Part shown: one piece after another, positions 12,385 through 24,740 of the stretch
How positions within the stretch are numbered: the first letter of the stretch is position 1
Layout of the letters: every line of letters starts with the position of its first letter
Source: Camelus ferus
Lineage: Eukaryota
Direction of reading: 5' to 3'
Length of the DNA stretch: 64,000 bases
Assembly: GCF_009834535.1 (NCBI RefSeq)
Contig: NC_045697.1
Coordinates: 31,622,001-31,686,000, forward strand
Made by a program: the position numbers and the translations under genes
The notes under the pieces: generated by a model
What the model was told of the DNA's origin: nothing
What the model saw: only the letters and a program-made list of their open reading frames with translations
Database searches by the model: none

Positions 12385-13938
12385 AGTAAGGTGTAGGAAA
12401 CAAGAACAAATTGGAACCTGTGAGGATGGGCTGGAAACCACATCTGAAGTTGAACTTGAACCTATGAAGATAAATTATAACCTGCTTCACTATCTCCAAG
12501 TCTCCAGCCTCAAAGATGGAAGTGTTTAATAGGACACGCTAACACTCCTGATCACCTAACTAATTCTCATACCCGGGCCAGGAGTTTGATAAGACAAAGA
12601 AAAAAATCTGCCATGATAGGAAGTCACTGCAGACCTGGCTACTACCCCAGCCACCGAGGGGAACCAGCTGATGATGAACACATGGCATGAGCTTCAACAA
12701 CTCTTTGTGCTTTCACTGACTTATTGAAGGTTACAAGAAGAATGCTGCTGCCCTACTGGCTTCCTAACCTTGTAATCTTGTATGAAACATCTCTTTTTGT
12801 GGCCCACACCAAAAGTGAGCAATGCAGAGAAAGGACTGGTGGAAAATGAAGTCTCAGCTTTGCCAACTTGACATAATACAAATCCACCTTGTGTCAACTT
12901 AAATCCATATACATCTCATTTTTCAATACTCAATATTCAGATAAAGACAATAGAAAAACCCACTCCATTTTTGCAACTCTCCTTTGTATAACTGAAGATG
13001 TGCCAAATATCTCCCCCTAAAAGGACACATAGTCTTTTTTATCTATTTGTGGGTAATGTTCATTGTTTTATCTGGCTCAGATGTCCTCTTTCTTTGCTAT
13101 CTTGTAATTTTAATTATGAGGTCTAAGAGTAATTGTTATTAACATGTCTTATGATAGACGGCAGGGGAATGAAAAAGAGGAAGAGAAAAAAATTGGTTAA
13201 TATGTGCATACATTTATGCAGGTCCAAATAAGCAAGAAACATTCATAGCTATCACAGTCCTTCCTTGGACAACTAATTCCAGAGTCCTAGCTGATATTCC
13301 TAACTACCTTCTTCCTGTCTTTTTTTGCCTTACTCAAGTACCTTGGTTGATATGTTTCCTTGCCTGATGAAGGGTGATCCAAACCTTCCTTGTTGAAGTG
13401 CATGGACCATCATTAGACCTGCTGAGTTGTGTTGCATTGTGTTGTATAGTTTTCCTTTGACTTTAATCATGGACGAGGGAGGACTGAGAAACACCCCAGG
13501 GAATCTTCTGCATTACAGACATATTTCTTCTTATTATTATCATGTAGAAGAAACAGATTCTCCATACGGTAATAAAAATCAGTGGTCACCACTAGTACAG
13601 TAACCCCCTTGGTTGCTTCTTTATTCATTGACGTGAAAAGTCCAACACAGCCCAGCAGCAGTCTCAAATCCAGTTTAAAGAAGCCATTGAAGTTTCCTTA
13701 ACTGGCAGCCTTCCTCCCTTAGATGCAGGGACTAAAGTTGCAGGGAGAGAACATAAAATCTTTTCCTAGCGCATCAGTATAGATAATAGTGAGTAAGGCC
13801 CGTCTTCTTTGAAGCCTTTGATTTCCTGGCTCATGAATCCTGGCTGTAGGAGAAAGAGCACCATTTTAGTTGCTGGTATTACGTGAGCTTCCAAGGTATT
13901 GTTACCAGCATAACTGAGTCTTCAAAAACAGTCCCAAT
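12385..13938 (-). mobile_element. ERV-L proviral remnant: integrase end, dUTPase, 3' internal region and probable LTR (about 12385-12880)
   Basis: The minus-strand ORF at 13467-13667 (RLLLGCVGLFTSMNKEATKGVTVLVVTTDFYY...LLHDNNKKKYVCNAEDSLG) aligns by eye to the ERV-L dUTPase pattern LRLPPGHFGLL...QAKKGVTVLAGVIDPDY...LLHNGGKEEY.WN.GDPLG. An integrase-like GALSPTARIH occurs near 13830-13865. Confidence 0.8.
13440..13720 (-). pseudogene. Decayed ERV-L dUTPase coding remnant
   Basis: Translation similarity as above. Conserved motif residues are substituted (G-V-I-D appears as V-T-T-D). Confidence 0.75.
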
Positions 13939-14075
13939 TTCTGCTTCTAGCCAACATGAAGTAATAGGAGCCAGATAAACCCTCCCTCCTGAAAATATAT
14001 ATTTTAAAAAAGACAAATGAGGGAATGATTTTCAAGACATTGTATATCAGTCAGTGAAGGAGAGTGATACCTGAT
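13939..14075 (+). mobile_element. Old L1 (L1MC/MD-like) 5' end fragment
   Basis: 'ttctgcttctagccaacatgaagtaatagg...ttttcaagacattgtatatcag...gtgatacctga'. Confidence 0.5.
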
Positions 14076-16319
14076 CTGTTTCTGTTACATCAAATTGCCT
14101 CAAAATTTAAGTTTATTCATGTTGAAATGAAGGTTCAAAATGGATAACCACAAGCCCAACAGAAGTGACACTTTGATTATCTATAGCAGTGAAGGATGCC
14201 TCTCTCTGTCCTCTTCGCCTGGTCTATTATGGTGAGGCTTACTGTACAATTACCATTACCATTCATTCAGCCAATACATGTTTTACAAGCATTTTATTTA
14301 TGCAAAAACTAGCTGAAGGTGATGCAAAAAGAGAAGATTTTTTTCTCTCCTATTTCCTAATAGGGCATACTCAAAGTCATCTTTATTCCTGTACAAGCTG
14401 TGAAATGCCACACCACCCAGCTTTAAAACCCCATTGTGAGGCTCCTAGTCCCTGGATTGGTTTATCCTCTTCAGAAACCTGTGAAGAAGAAAGTTTACGA
14501 GGGAGTTAGTCCTTGAATTGGTCTTTTGGAGCTTATAAAAAAGGAAAGCACTCAAAATTCTCTGTGTGTTTCATCTCTGGACACGAATTACTGGAGGAAA
14601 ATCCATCAGTAATATATATTGATTATCTCCTATGTTCAAAACTGCATGCTTTTTTCCTGGAGATTTTTATGTTATGCATATACGAAAGCAAACTGTATTT
14701 TTTTTTTCATATTCAAGACATGTATGAGCTTGCTAGAAATTCTCCTTCTTTCTCTCCCTACTTTATCCTGAACGTGTAGAAGGGAGTATGTTTCCATGAT
14801 TTTCCAAGAAGTATAAAACCATCGAACAAATATTTTTTTGAAAAGCTCCTATAAGTCAGATATTGTTTTTGACTAAAGGAGTAAAATAGTGACCAAAAGT
14901 GAAAAAAAATCTCTGCCTTCATGGAACTTACACTATCAAGAAAAGAAACAATCATTTGCTTAAAAATAGCAAAAAACAAACAAACAAACAAAAAAACCTA
15001 GAAACACAAATTTACCATGATGTGGTTGATTTAAAAATTAAAAATTAAAAAATTAAAATGGAAACAAAAAAGCAAAAAAATAAGCAAATAATCAATGACA
15101 ACAAAACTTTCAGATTCTTCAAATACTTTATGTCTCTCCTTATAAGCCATCCCTATCTGGCCTACCAAAAAGATTGTTTGAATGACCTAAGAATTTATTG
15201 CTTCTAAAAAGAGATTTACCCTTAGTTTGTTTAATAAGTTCCTCTTGCATTTGAGACTGACTTCAATTTCAGTGTTACATAATACATTATATTTTGTCAT
15301 CTACATGTGATAAAGGAATTTTTTCAGAGCTTTTAGTAGGCAAGAGGTTAGATTTCTGGAAACTCTAGATGTCTCCCTTTCCTTAGTACCTGTAGGGAAA
15401 AAAAATTAAAACTTGACCTGGAAAATAATTATTTTACTTAAAACAAATTACTTACAAGAAGAAAATAGTATTTCTGGTAAAATAAGTAATTTATTATGAA
15501 CAATAATGAAACTGAAACTTGTTCTGAGAAAGCAGTAACCCATCTACTAAAAGGCCTGTCCAGTCAAGAGCCTACTAATTTTAACCAGCATTTCTTTCTT
15601 TATCTATGCTAGCAATCATATTTCCGAACTCCCTTACTCGTAATTCTACCAAGAGAGGAATATTTGAATTGATCTGTTAGAGGCTTTTTGCCTTGCGGAA
15701 AGATTATAATAATACTTTGATGTGTACTTATAAGTAAATTGTTCAGAAAGACTTTAAAAAAATTTGTAGACTCTAATACGAACAACACTAAGAATACTAG
15801 TACTAACATCTTTAGGACCTCGTTGAATTTGCTTTTTTAAGACGTTAAATGAAGACAGCTCATTTCTCTTTGAAAAGAACAATCAACAAGGTTTTTAAAT
15901 CAAATAATAGAAGAAAATTTGACCTCTTTTCATAATTAAAAACAAAACCATAGCTAACCTTTGCCACTTATTAATTATTACTCATGAAATTCTTTCACTC
16001 ATCTCTATGAAAATTTAGGCAGCTAGTTGGAAATAGAGATTTACTGCAGTGACAGCTATTCATTTGCAGTGAGAACTACTGAATAACGGAAAGAAAAGAG
16101 GCATTTGTTAAGTAGGCAGAAAGTACAGTTTCCACCCCTGGGGCCTTGGCTTCCAGGTTATCCCCAGTTCACCTGTTAATCCTTGTTCTTTTACCACCTT
16201 CAAATAATATACCTCCAAGTTCTCATATCTTAAGGAAACCCAAGTCTCAGAAAATGAATCCTCCAGCCCCCTACACACAGACTCAGAATAACAAAACAAG
16301 TCTGTTCTTCAATTGTTAG

Positions 16320-16798
16320 TGTTACCCAGTCCAAGCTCTCAAGACAAGCCAATAAATTGAAAACGAGTTGTTGGGGCAAAGAATCGTGACTTTATTGGGA
16401 AAGTCAGCAGACTGAGAAGATGGTGGACTAATGTCCCAGAGAACCATTTTATCCAAGTTAGAAATAAGGTTTCTTTTATACTAAAAAGGAAGGTTTCATT
16501 GTTTGTTGTAAAAGTCTTAATCTCAGAATCCTGTGTTCTTGCAGCTATCCACTTAGATCAGCTCATGCTGTTCCTGTAAACCTCCAATAAGACAAGTGTT
16601 ATTCTCTGTTCTGCAACTATTTATCTCTATATCAATGGAAAATTGTTATACTTTTAAAGGTCAGAGCCTTGAGAATGGGTTATCCTGTATACGTCAGGCT
16701 ATAGGCAACATTCTTAAGTCCTAGCAAAAGTAGCAGAATACAAAGGTTAAAATAAAAGAAATATCCAATATGGAGTCAGATTTGTCTTCCCTATTACT
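16320..16798 (-). mobile_element. ERV1-class solo LTR with 4-bp TSD TTAG
   Basis: Starts TGTTACC and ends CTATTACT (terminal A mutated). TTAG occurs at 16316-16319 and 16799-16802. TTTATT (AATAAA on the minus strand) lies near 16392 and TTTTATA near 16474. Confidence 0.8.
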
Positions 16799-18286
16799 TT
16801 AGTAGCACTTTGTCTCTATAGGAGACACTTCTCTAGCTTACAATATTCCTTTTCTAAGAATTCTGCTCCCACCTCATCATCCATGTGTATTTTTCCAGCA
16901 GGGTCAACAATACTAGTCAGTTTCCTGGCATTAGTACATTGAAACTTAGCAACCCAGGTCAGGAGTGTTGAGCCACAATCACTAAGCAGAGCAGAGGAGC
17001 AGAGTGATTTTCTTTTTCCTGTGGATTCTGATTCTCCCAATTGCCTATCTAATTTTTCCAACCTCAAAGTCAGTCAGTTTAGATTCCTTTCTCCTTTTTA
17101 TTTCATATTAAATTGTTCAAATTCTGTTTATTTATATTTTTCATTGCCTCTAATTCTTCTCTTGTATCTCTTCATAGTGACATTGTCTAACTTAGATTCC
17201 TTATCATCTCTAATTATTGCACACTGAGGTGAAAATTCTCAGCTTTCAATAATGCCCTTCCAATCTGTTTTGCTCCATGTTCTTTCTACATTATTTCTCT
17301 CAACCTCCTATTTGAAAACCTGTCCTATCTGCTCATTTCCAGTAGTATCCTTTGCTGGAGATTCAAGCTCTCTTCAACTTATCCTGATTTACTTTTCCAA
17401 ACCTGCCTCTCAATACTTACCATCATAATCTATTTCAGCCAGACTGCTTTTCTCATTATTCAACGCACCTTCTTAGATCTTTCCTCTAAGCCTAAACTCA
17501 TATCATTTTCCTGACTTTATGCTCCTTCAGTTGTGCAATTTCGTCCACTTCTCAGTTTCAATCACAACAGCATAGATAATTTAAGAAGTAGATTAAAATA
17601 AAATTCAAGTCTCTGGTCATTTTCAAATCATGATCAAGTAAGTAGTCCTTCTTAGGTGATGATGTAAAATAAAAAATGTTCTTTTTGTTCAGGATTTTTT
17701 TGGTTTCTCCAATGAGGATTTTACTAGAATCAAAAGTAGTTTATACTTTTTTTATTAGTAATAAAATTCACATAGACATTACCTGATTAAAAGAGTCATA
17801 GATGATATAATTTTGTAGAAAGATCCAGAATTTCAAATGGTATTCAATTTTTTAGCAGATGTTATGTCCTATTTATCTGAATAAGGTATAGAATGGCTTA
17901 GAATAACTAAAGAGAGCCTAAAAAGAATTAAGTAATAGAGTTTAAAATTTGAATTGAAGTATATTTTGTGGATAATATTCAGTCAGCTACTTCAGTATAA
18001 GAAAAAGTCTGCATAGTTGGGAATGATTATTAAAATGTAAATTTCCTTTTTTTCCATTAATTTGGTTTTAAAAATCTCTGCAATCCACAGCTAAAAATAA
18101 TATTTCACATAGATCCCACATTTTTGAATGGCACACATTCTTAATGATGTTTCAGTCCCCTGGAGGACTTAACCATGGGATGTGATCTATTTAGCAAACT
18201 TTGGAAACTGACTTAAAAACAGGACCAACTCACTTAAATCAGAGTAGAACTTTTCCAGTAGTTTTTACAATTTAAAGGTCTGTTCT

Positions 18287-18332
18287 AATTGACACAGCAC
18301 TGTAAACTGACTATACTTTAATAAAATAATAA
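18287..18332 (+). mobile_element. Extremely 5'-truncated L1 3' tip with 13-bp TSD
   Basis: 'aattgacacagcactgtaaactgactatactttaataaaataataa' is flanked by aaaggtctgttct (18274-18286) and aaaggtctattct (18333-18345). It is similar to 63073-63110. Confidence 0.8.
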
Positions 18333-18559
18333 AAAGGTCTATTCTTATTTAGAGAGCAACGAGAAATGCAGGAACTCTACACAGAGTCCTTAAAGCTTTT
18401 ATTCATTATTCAATGATAGAATTAACATTAAAATTAGTGTTGGGATTGGTTCAGCATCCATTGGATGGGGACAGGAAGAAAATGAAGATCTTTCAATAAG
18501 AAATGATAAATGGAAATTGTATTAATTTTCAAAATATTTTCTACATGGGGGAGATTTAT

Positions 18560-18959
18560 AGTTCCTTTTGCCATTAATTTAGACTTGCCTATGTTCTTGA
18601 GGTACATTCTACATGGGAAGATTATACACCCTTCCTTATTGAATTTAGGAGCAGCCATATGACTTGCAGTGACCAATCAAATGTAGCTAAGTAATAAGTA
18701 AGGAGTATCAGTTTTTAGAGAGCTTTCGGAGTTTATGGTCCGCTAGCTCACTCTTGTCTTCCTGGTGGGAAACTCCAAGATAGGAGAAGTTCCGTGGGCG
18801 TTGACCTGGAATGCAAAAACTATGGGAAGGAAGGGAAGCAGACCCTCCGCAGACAGGTAGCATGGGAAAGAAAGAATCTTGTTTTGTAAAACACTAGGAT
18901 TTTGTGGTGGTTTGTTACTGACATAACCTAACCCATCCTGACTGGACTCCGACTAATAC
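18560..18959 (+). mobile_element. MLT1 (I/J-like) MaLR LTR
   Basis: Contains 'gccatatgacttgc..tgaccaat', 'ttgttttgtaaaacactaggatttt...tttgttactgacataacctaacccatcctgact', and ends 'taataca'. Confidence 0.7.
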
Positions 18960-19089
18960 AATGAATCTAGTTCTCTGCACACTTCTTCTTTCTTTAAACT
19001 AAAATGTGCTCTGTAGTCAGTGGTAGTTGTATCAACTTACATTTTGCAGAGATGCAAAAGTTAAATGATTTCACATTTCCAATTTTTAT

Positions 19090-19820
19090 TACAATAATAT
19101 TTGATAAAAGCTTTCTGCATTTAATTTTCATAGGTAATATATCTGTAAGTTGAAGTGGTGCACAGTGAAAAGTCTCCCGCATTTCCTGCTTGTTCATCTT
19201 TCCATTCCCCTCCCCCGACCATGAAAATCATTGTTATCAGATTTGTATGCATCTTTTTAGAGTTTCTTTATGTACAGCCAAAGAAACATGAATACAGAGT
19301 CTTATTTTCTCTATTTTTACACAAAAGGTGGTACATTATGCACATTGTTGTGAACATGATTTTTTACGCACAATATATCTTGGAGGACTTTCCACATCAG
19401 TGCACAGTTAGCTACTTCCTGGTTTCAAGCCACATATTATCTGTTATATGGATGTATCATAACTTATCTAAGCCCTCTCTTCTGGTGGTCCTTTGGGTGG
19501 TTTGGTTCTTTGGCTATTACTAATAACACTGCAACAAATAAACTTGCATTTATGTCATTTTACATACGCATAGCCATTTATGTAGACTAAATTCCCAGAA
19601 GCAGAATTGTTTGGTCAAAACTATGTGTTTGAAAATTTGATAGATATGGCTACATTTCTGATTACAGGGTTTGTACTCATTTACTCTCCCATCAGCAATG
19701 TATTAAGTCCCTAACTGCCTCGCCAAGAGTGTGCTACCAAATTTAGGGATATTTACAAATCTGATAAGTGAATAATGGCATCTCAGGCTAGCTTTAATTT
19801 ACATCGTTATTATCATAGGA
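19090..19820 (-). mobile_element. L1ME-type 3' remnant
   Basis: 'gatgtatcataacttatct', 'ttcccagaagcagaattgtttggtcaaa', 'tttgatagatat', 'ctcccatcagcaatgtat'. Confidence 0.75.
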
Positions 19821-21315
19821 GAGTGTGCCTGTAACCCCCAACAATGTAGATAATCCTTTTTATTTGTTGGTGCCCTGGACACCTGCTTAGCAAATCAGGC
19901 CTGAATCAGGCTCTGCTCCAATTCAGTTTCTCCTTTCTTTCATTTGTTGCTATTATTCTAAATACTGCTCTCTGATTCTGATTTCTCATTTCCATTCCCA
20001 CAGCTTTCTCCCCTTGACTTACTGCTCTGTTGACTAGAATATAAATATCCTTACAGGAGGATACTTTACAACAAATCAGTTTTTCACAAAATAAAGTAAA
20101 TAAATCCATTGGTATATTCCCTAATAAGATTTCTAAATGTGAAAAGCTGAGTGTCAAACTTATACCTGGAGAGAAGATGGAAAATAGAGGATAGAAGAGA
20201 TGCTTGACAGCACTGGGAGGGATCTCTGCCCAAGGAACTTGACTTGAAATCTCTCAAATCTCAGCCTCTCTCTCTCCTTCCTTTCTTCTAACTTCCTCCA
20301 CACTATATCCCACATAAAATTAGGAAACACAGAGAGAATTGACTGAGGACTTTAGTTGAATGTAACCTTTCCTGGGCAGCAAATTTAGTGTAAGAACTGA
20401 AGAAAATGAAACAACGTTTATAATCTACAGGTCTGTAACTATGTGTATGAGTTTTGTGTATGAGAGAGAACTGTATCATGGTTATCATGATTATTCTCAT
20501 GCAATCAAATATCCCGGTTTCTTATTTATTTATCAATAATTCCTGGCTGAGAGCCGTGTAATGTATAACAAACTGTTTCTTTCTATTCTGCCAGAATAGT
20601 TGTTCATCAAATTGAATTATGAACAAATGGAATTTTTCTCTAAGAAACATGCTTTTACATTTTCTGCCTAGCTGTACATGGTCAATATTTAGGTAATTGA
20701 AATCTCCCATGAGCAGTATTATGACTTTTTCAGACGTTCTCTGATCTATACAAATGTTTCACAATTTGATTTCACTAATGGTTTTTGCAGATCAATAACC
20801 AACCAGAAGCATCTTGTTCCCTTTTTCAATGTTAAATTTTATCTAGATAGTAAAGATAATCTGTCAGTCAAGATGTTATGCATTCATCCAACTGGCAATT
20901 TACAGCTTTCATCACAGACCCTGCCAGAACATCAAAATCCTTATGTCAGAACATAGAACTCTCATTTTAAGATGTATAAAATTTTAATGTCAATATTTAT
21001 AAAATAAGAATGCAAATCTATCTTGAAATCATGTATGTTTCCCAAACCCCGAAGCACCCTGAGCCTGAGTTAGGTGCGTGCCGGGTGCTCTGACAGAGGT
21101 ATAGCATGCGAAGGGGAAAAACTGTGATGTTATGTGCTTCACTTGTATTTAATCCAGTTCCTTCCCTGACTCCTAGCACACATTTTAAGTCAGTGTAGAG
21201 AAATATTTTCCTCAACAAGTTGTCTCATCTTCCTGTTCCTGTCCTAATTTTGAAATAGTAATGATTGCTGTCAGCACAGCCTTCCCTTCTAAAGGACTCC
21301 AATTTGTCTTTGATG

Positions 21316-21860
21316 TGGTTTGCAAACTCACCCTGCAGGAAAGAGTAATTTTCTTATCATCACCTGGGTTGACACAGGAGAGAATGAGGGCCCCCTCTCA
21401 GCCCAGACTCCTTTATATCTCCACAGCATGATGGCTGACTCTTGCATAAGCTCTTATCCCTCAGCTCTAAGGGATAAGGGGGGTTGGGGGGGGAGCAGGC
21501 TATATGGGAGTATTTTGCAACAAATACCATTTAGTGGGAACATCAATGGAGTACTCTTAGTTAAAGAAAACCAAACATCTCAAGTTAAGGAATTTAGTGC
21601 TTTTTTAACTATGGGAAGATGCAAGAGTCTGAGCTCACTGAAATCATTCCTTTGATACGCACCCTAGCTACCTAGGACCAGTGAGTATCCTGTGCTTCCC
21701 ATCCTGAGAATCCTTAGGGCGCACCATTGTGGATGCTGGGCATCCTGTTTCCATCCTGAGTTCCCTCAGGGCTCACCGTCAGGGGTGGCTGCAAGGTGAT
21801 GGCCTGATGGCTGCAACATCCTTTGTTTACTTACATGACGGGTAACATGTTTCATTCACA
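21316..21860 (-). mobile_element. MER41-like ERV1 LTR, TG...CA, candidate TSD GATG
   Basis: 'ctcaagttaaggaatttagtgc...tatgggaagatgcaagagtctg...ggctgcaacatcctttgtttac...cattcaca'. GATG occurs at 21312-21315 and 21861-21864. The left boundary is less certain. Confidence 0.7.
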
Positions 21861-22189
21861 GATGCATATCAAGGGAATAATTTCAATGAGCCCAGAATCT
21901 TGCATCTTCCCGTATATAAAAAGCACTAAAATCATTAACTTCATGTTTGTTGAGATGAATGTTTTTTGTGATTAGCAGTAATCTGATGTTCAACAACATG
22001 GGGTTTTTTTTGTTTGTTTGTTTTTTTCCAGCAAAAACTCCTCTATATCCTGGCTTCTCCCTTATCTCTTTGGATCAGTTCCTCAGAGCTGTCTGAGAGG
22101 CTGCCTTTCTGGGCTATAGTCCTCTGAACAACATCCCTGAATAAAACGTAACTCTCAACTTTTAGGTTGTACTTTTTTTTCAGGTGACA
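21861..22189 (+). mobile_element. 3' part of a second MER41-like ERV1 LTR
   Basis: Homologous in inverted orientation to 21582-21663. Has TATA-like 'ctatat', AATAAA at 22140, and ends 'caggtgaca'. Confidence 0.75.
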
Positions 22190-22369
22190 AGTACATGGCT
22201 CATAATTGGCATTTAATTCTTCTTCATTCCCATTTCTAAAGAATTAATAATTCCTTCAAATGTTAACTGTTTAACACTTTAAAATTAGGTTACTTAAGTT
22301 ATCACCTTTGTTCAGACAATTTCTGGTTCATGCCAAATTACAATAATAGACTTTAAATTTCCTGCACCT

Positions 22370-22930
22370 GTTTTTGCCTGAATTCACCATATTACAAGCA
22401 GAATGATCTTTCAAAACTGCCGTACAAAAGTATGTGTCATCTTCTGATATAATCATTGAATGACTAAACTTTGCCACACCAGTTTTGGAAAAATATAAAT
22501 AGTTAAATAGAACTCAAAAGTTAATTTTCCTTCTATAACTTCCTCATGCCCTGTGCAACAAATATACTGAACTACATGCTGTGCTTCAAACATATTGTGC
22601 TATTTCTCTTCTTTGAGCCTGAGAATCCTCTCGTTTTGCTAGTAAATTAAAAAAAAAAAAATCTTCTCCATGTAATCAGCTTCCAAAAGAGAGCTAATCA
22701 CTCCTTTGTTCCAAATCCTTTCCCTCTAAAGATACCTAATTGAACGAGCCATGTTGAATCACAACGTCTTGTCTGTTTCTTTTCTAAACAATGGAATTCT
22801 TGAGTGCTTGGAAATGAATTTTGTATATGTACCTCTTGACACATAATAAGCATAGTGCAAATGTTGCTGTTAATTCCTATCTATAACAAAAGAACAGCGC
22901 CTAGCAGACAGGAGAGCCTCATTAATATGT
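22370..22930 (+). mobile_element. L2 3' remnant
   Basis: Degenerate motifs: 'agaatgatctttcaaaa', 'actgaactac', 'aacagcgcctagcagacaggagagcctcattaatatgtt'. Confidence 0.45.
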
Positions 22931-23247
22931 TAAACACAGACTTCTATGCACGCATGAACCAGTAAAGGATGAATACGCTAAAACATGAAAATACGCACTC
23001 AGAAAGAAAACTACACCAGATGGTAACAAATATTTCACTTCATCTTTTAGGATCTCAGAGGCAATATCAGTGTCAGCACGTACCCATGAGAATATTTCTT
23101 ATTTTTCATAGTTCATGTCGAGAACGTCTTTCCAACCAATATCTAGAGTTGGAAGGCACCGTGACAGATTTTAGAGGAGCAATGATGGCTACATTGACAC
23201 AGCACTGAAGTCTTGTTGAGAACAGTTGTCAGCTAAATATAAATAAA

Positions 23248-23821
23248 TGTAGGAGAGAAAAAAAAAATCACAATTTTCTTCTATCTTTCCAAGTTCTCAG
23301 CTGGATCCCCTATAACAAAAGACAGGTTAACAAGAGAAAGAAAAGCAGAAATTTATTAACAGGTATAACTCATGTATACATGAGAGATTACCCAGGGAGA
23401 AATGAGTTACTCAAAAGATTGGTTAGAACTAGAATTTATAGCATATCTCAGCATAGGAAAAATACATTTTTAGAGAAGTGAGAAGACAAAGGAAAAGCCG
23501 CTTGAGTCTCTAAGTGCAGTAAATTGTGGGAAAGCAGATAAAAGCACATTGTGGGCAAACTTTAGTTAGTGAAGTTTCTTATGGTGCCAACTCTGAACTG
23601 ATGGGAGCTCACGTGGTCTCTGGGGATGATGTTTTGTCCATCCTGGGACAGACAGGAGGAAGGACATATTTGAAAATGTATTTACCAATTTTAGAGGAAG
23701 GCAAATAGGAGGAAGGCAGAGAGATTTTCTTTGGATCTGCTTTTTCTTAATTTCTTTTAGCTCAAAATAATCCTTATGCCTAATTAGTATATTCTGAGGT
23801 GACATATTCTGCTACCCCTCA
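23248..23821 (-). mobile_element. MER34A-like ERV1 solo LTR
   Basis: TG...CA ends. 'agctcaaaataatccttatgcc...gtgacatattctgctacccctca' is the reverse of the recalled MER34A start. Related to 1578-2066. No clean TSD. Confidence 0.8.
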
Positions 23822-24504
23822 AAAGAAATAAATACATTTGACTCCTCTGCATGTACTCAAGTTAAGAAATGTTTTTGTTAACAAAACAAGTAAAAACAAA
23901 AATAACTTCAAATTCCTTTAGTACATTCATTCACACAGACTCATCCATATGTCGTTTCCTTTATGATAGTTATTAAACTGCAATTTTTTGGCTGAATTAT
24001 TGTTGAACTTCACAAATCCATGAACAGACAGAATCACATGCTGTATCTGAAAACTCACTTGTTGAATGTGGGCACAATTTAGAACGTGTAAGTTAAAGTA
24101 GCAAACTTCTCTTTGAAGGGTTAGAATTGTTTTACTAATAGGCATTTGTCACTTTCTTGACTTTAAAATAGGTCTGTCTTTCTCTACAGTGGCCATAGGT
24201 TACAGTCAATGTTTATGACTTTTCAGTGAAGTGCAGTAAATATCTAAAATTCAGCTTCTCTTCTTCATTTTTATCTTCAATTTATCAATGTTGACTTGAA
24301 TAGTAGTTTCCTATTTTTCAGTGTAACTATTCATGTAAAATCGAAGTTATAGGCACTGTTTTCCCTGAAATTTCAAAAAAGTCATTTTTTTTTTAAAATC
24401 CAGAATCAAAAAAAAAAAAAAAGACATAAAGGAAAATGATGCTGAAGTAGAAACCCCAAATTAAGGTAAAAATGAAAGGAGCTAGCCTCCAATGTCTCCC
24501 CCAG

Positions 24505-24740
24505 AATAAGTTTAAATCCCACCTCTGAATAGTTGCATTACATCGGGAGAATTTCAATAGTCCTCTGACCCTTTGTTTTCTTATTTTGAAAGTGGGGGTA
24601 ATTGCGGCATCCAGCGCAGCTCAGGACCGTGTCTGAGGACGGGCGACGCCAAGACTTAAGAAACAAAGAGACAAAATAAAGAGCAAAGTTGGGATCAAGA
24701 GACTCAAGATCTCGTGGATCTAGAGTGCTAAAAGCCTGGT
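24505..24740 (+). mobile_element. MIR, with an unusually CpG-rich core
   Basis: 'tttaaatcccacctctg...ctctgaccctttgttttcttattttgaaagtgggggtaat...tgagga...gtgctaaaagcctgg' follows the MIR layout. Confidence 0.55.

Noticed and set aside
24000..24093. Donor-like sites on both strands (GTAAGT on plus, GTGAGT on minus)
   Set aside because: No matching strong acceptor, and the plus-strand frames I checked are interrupted by stops.
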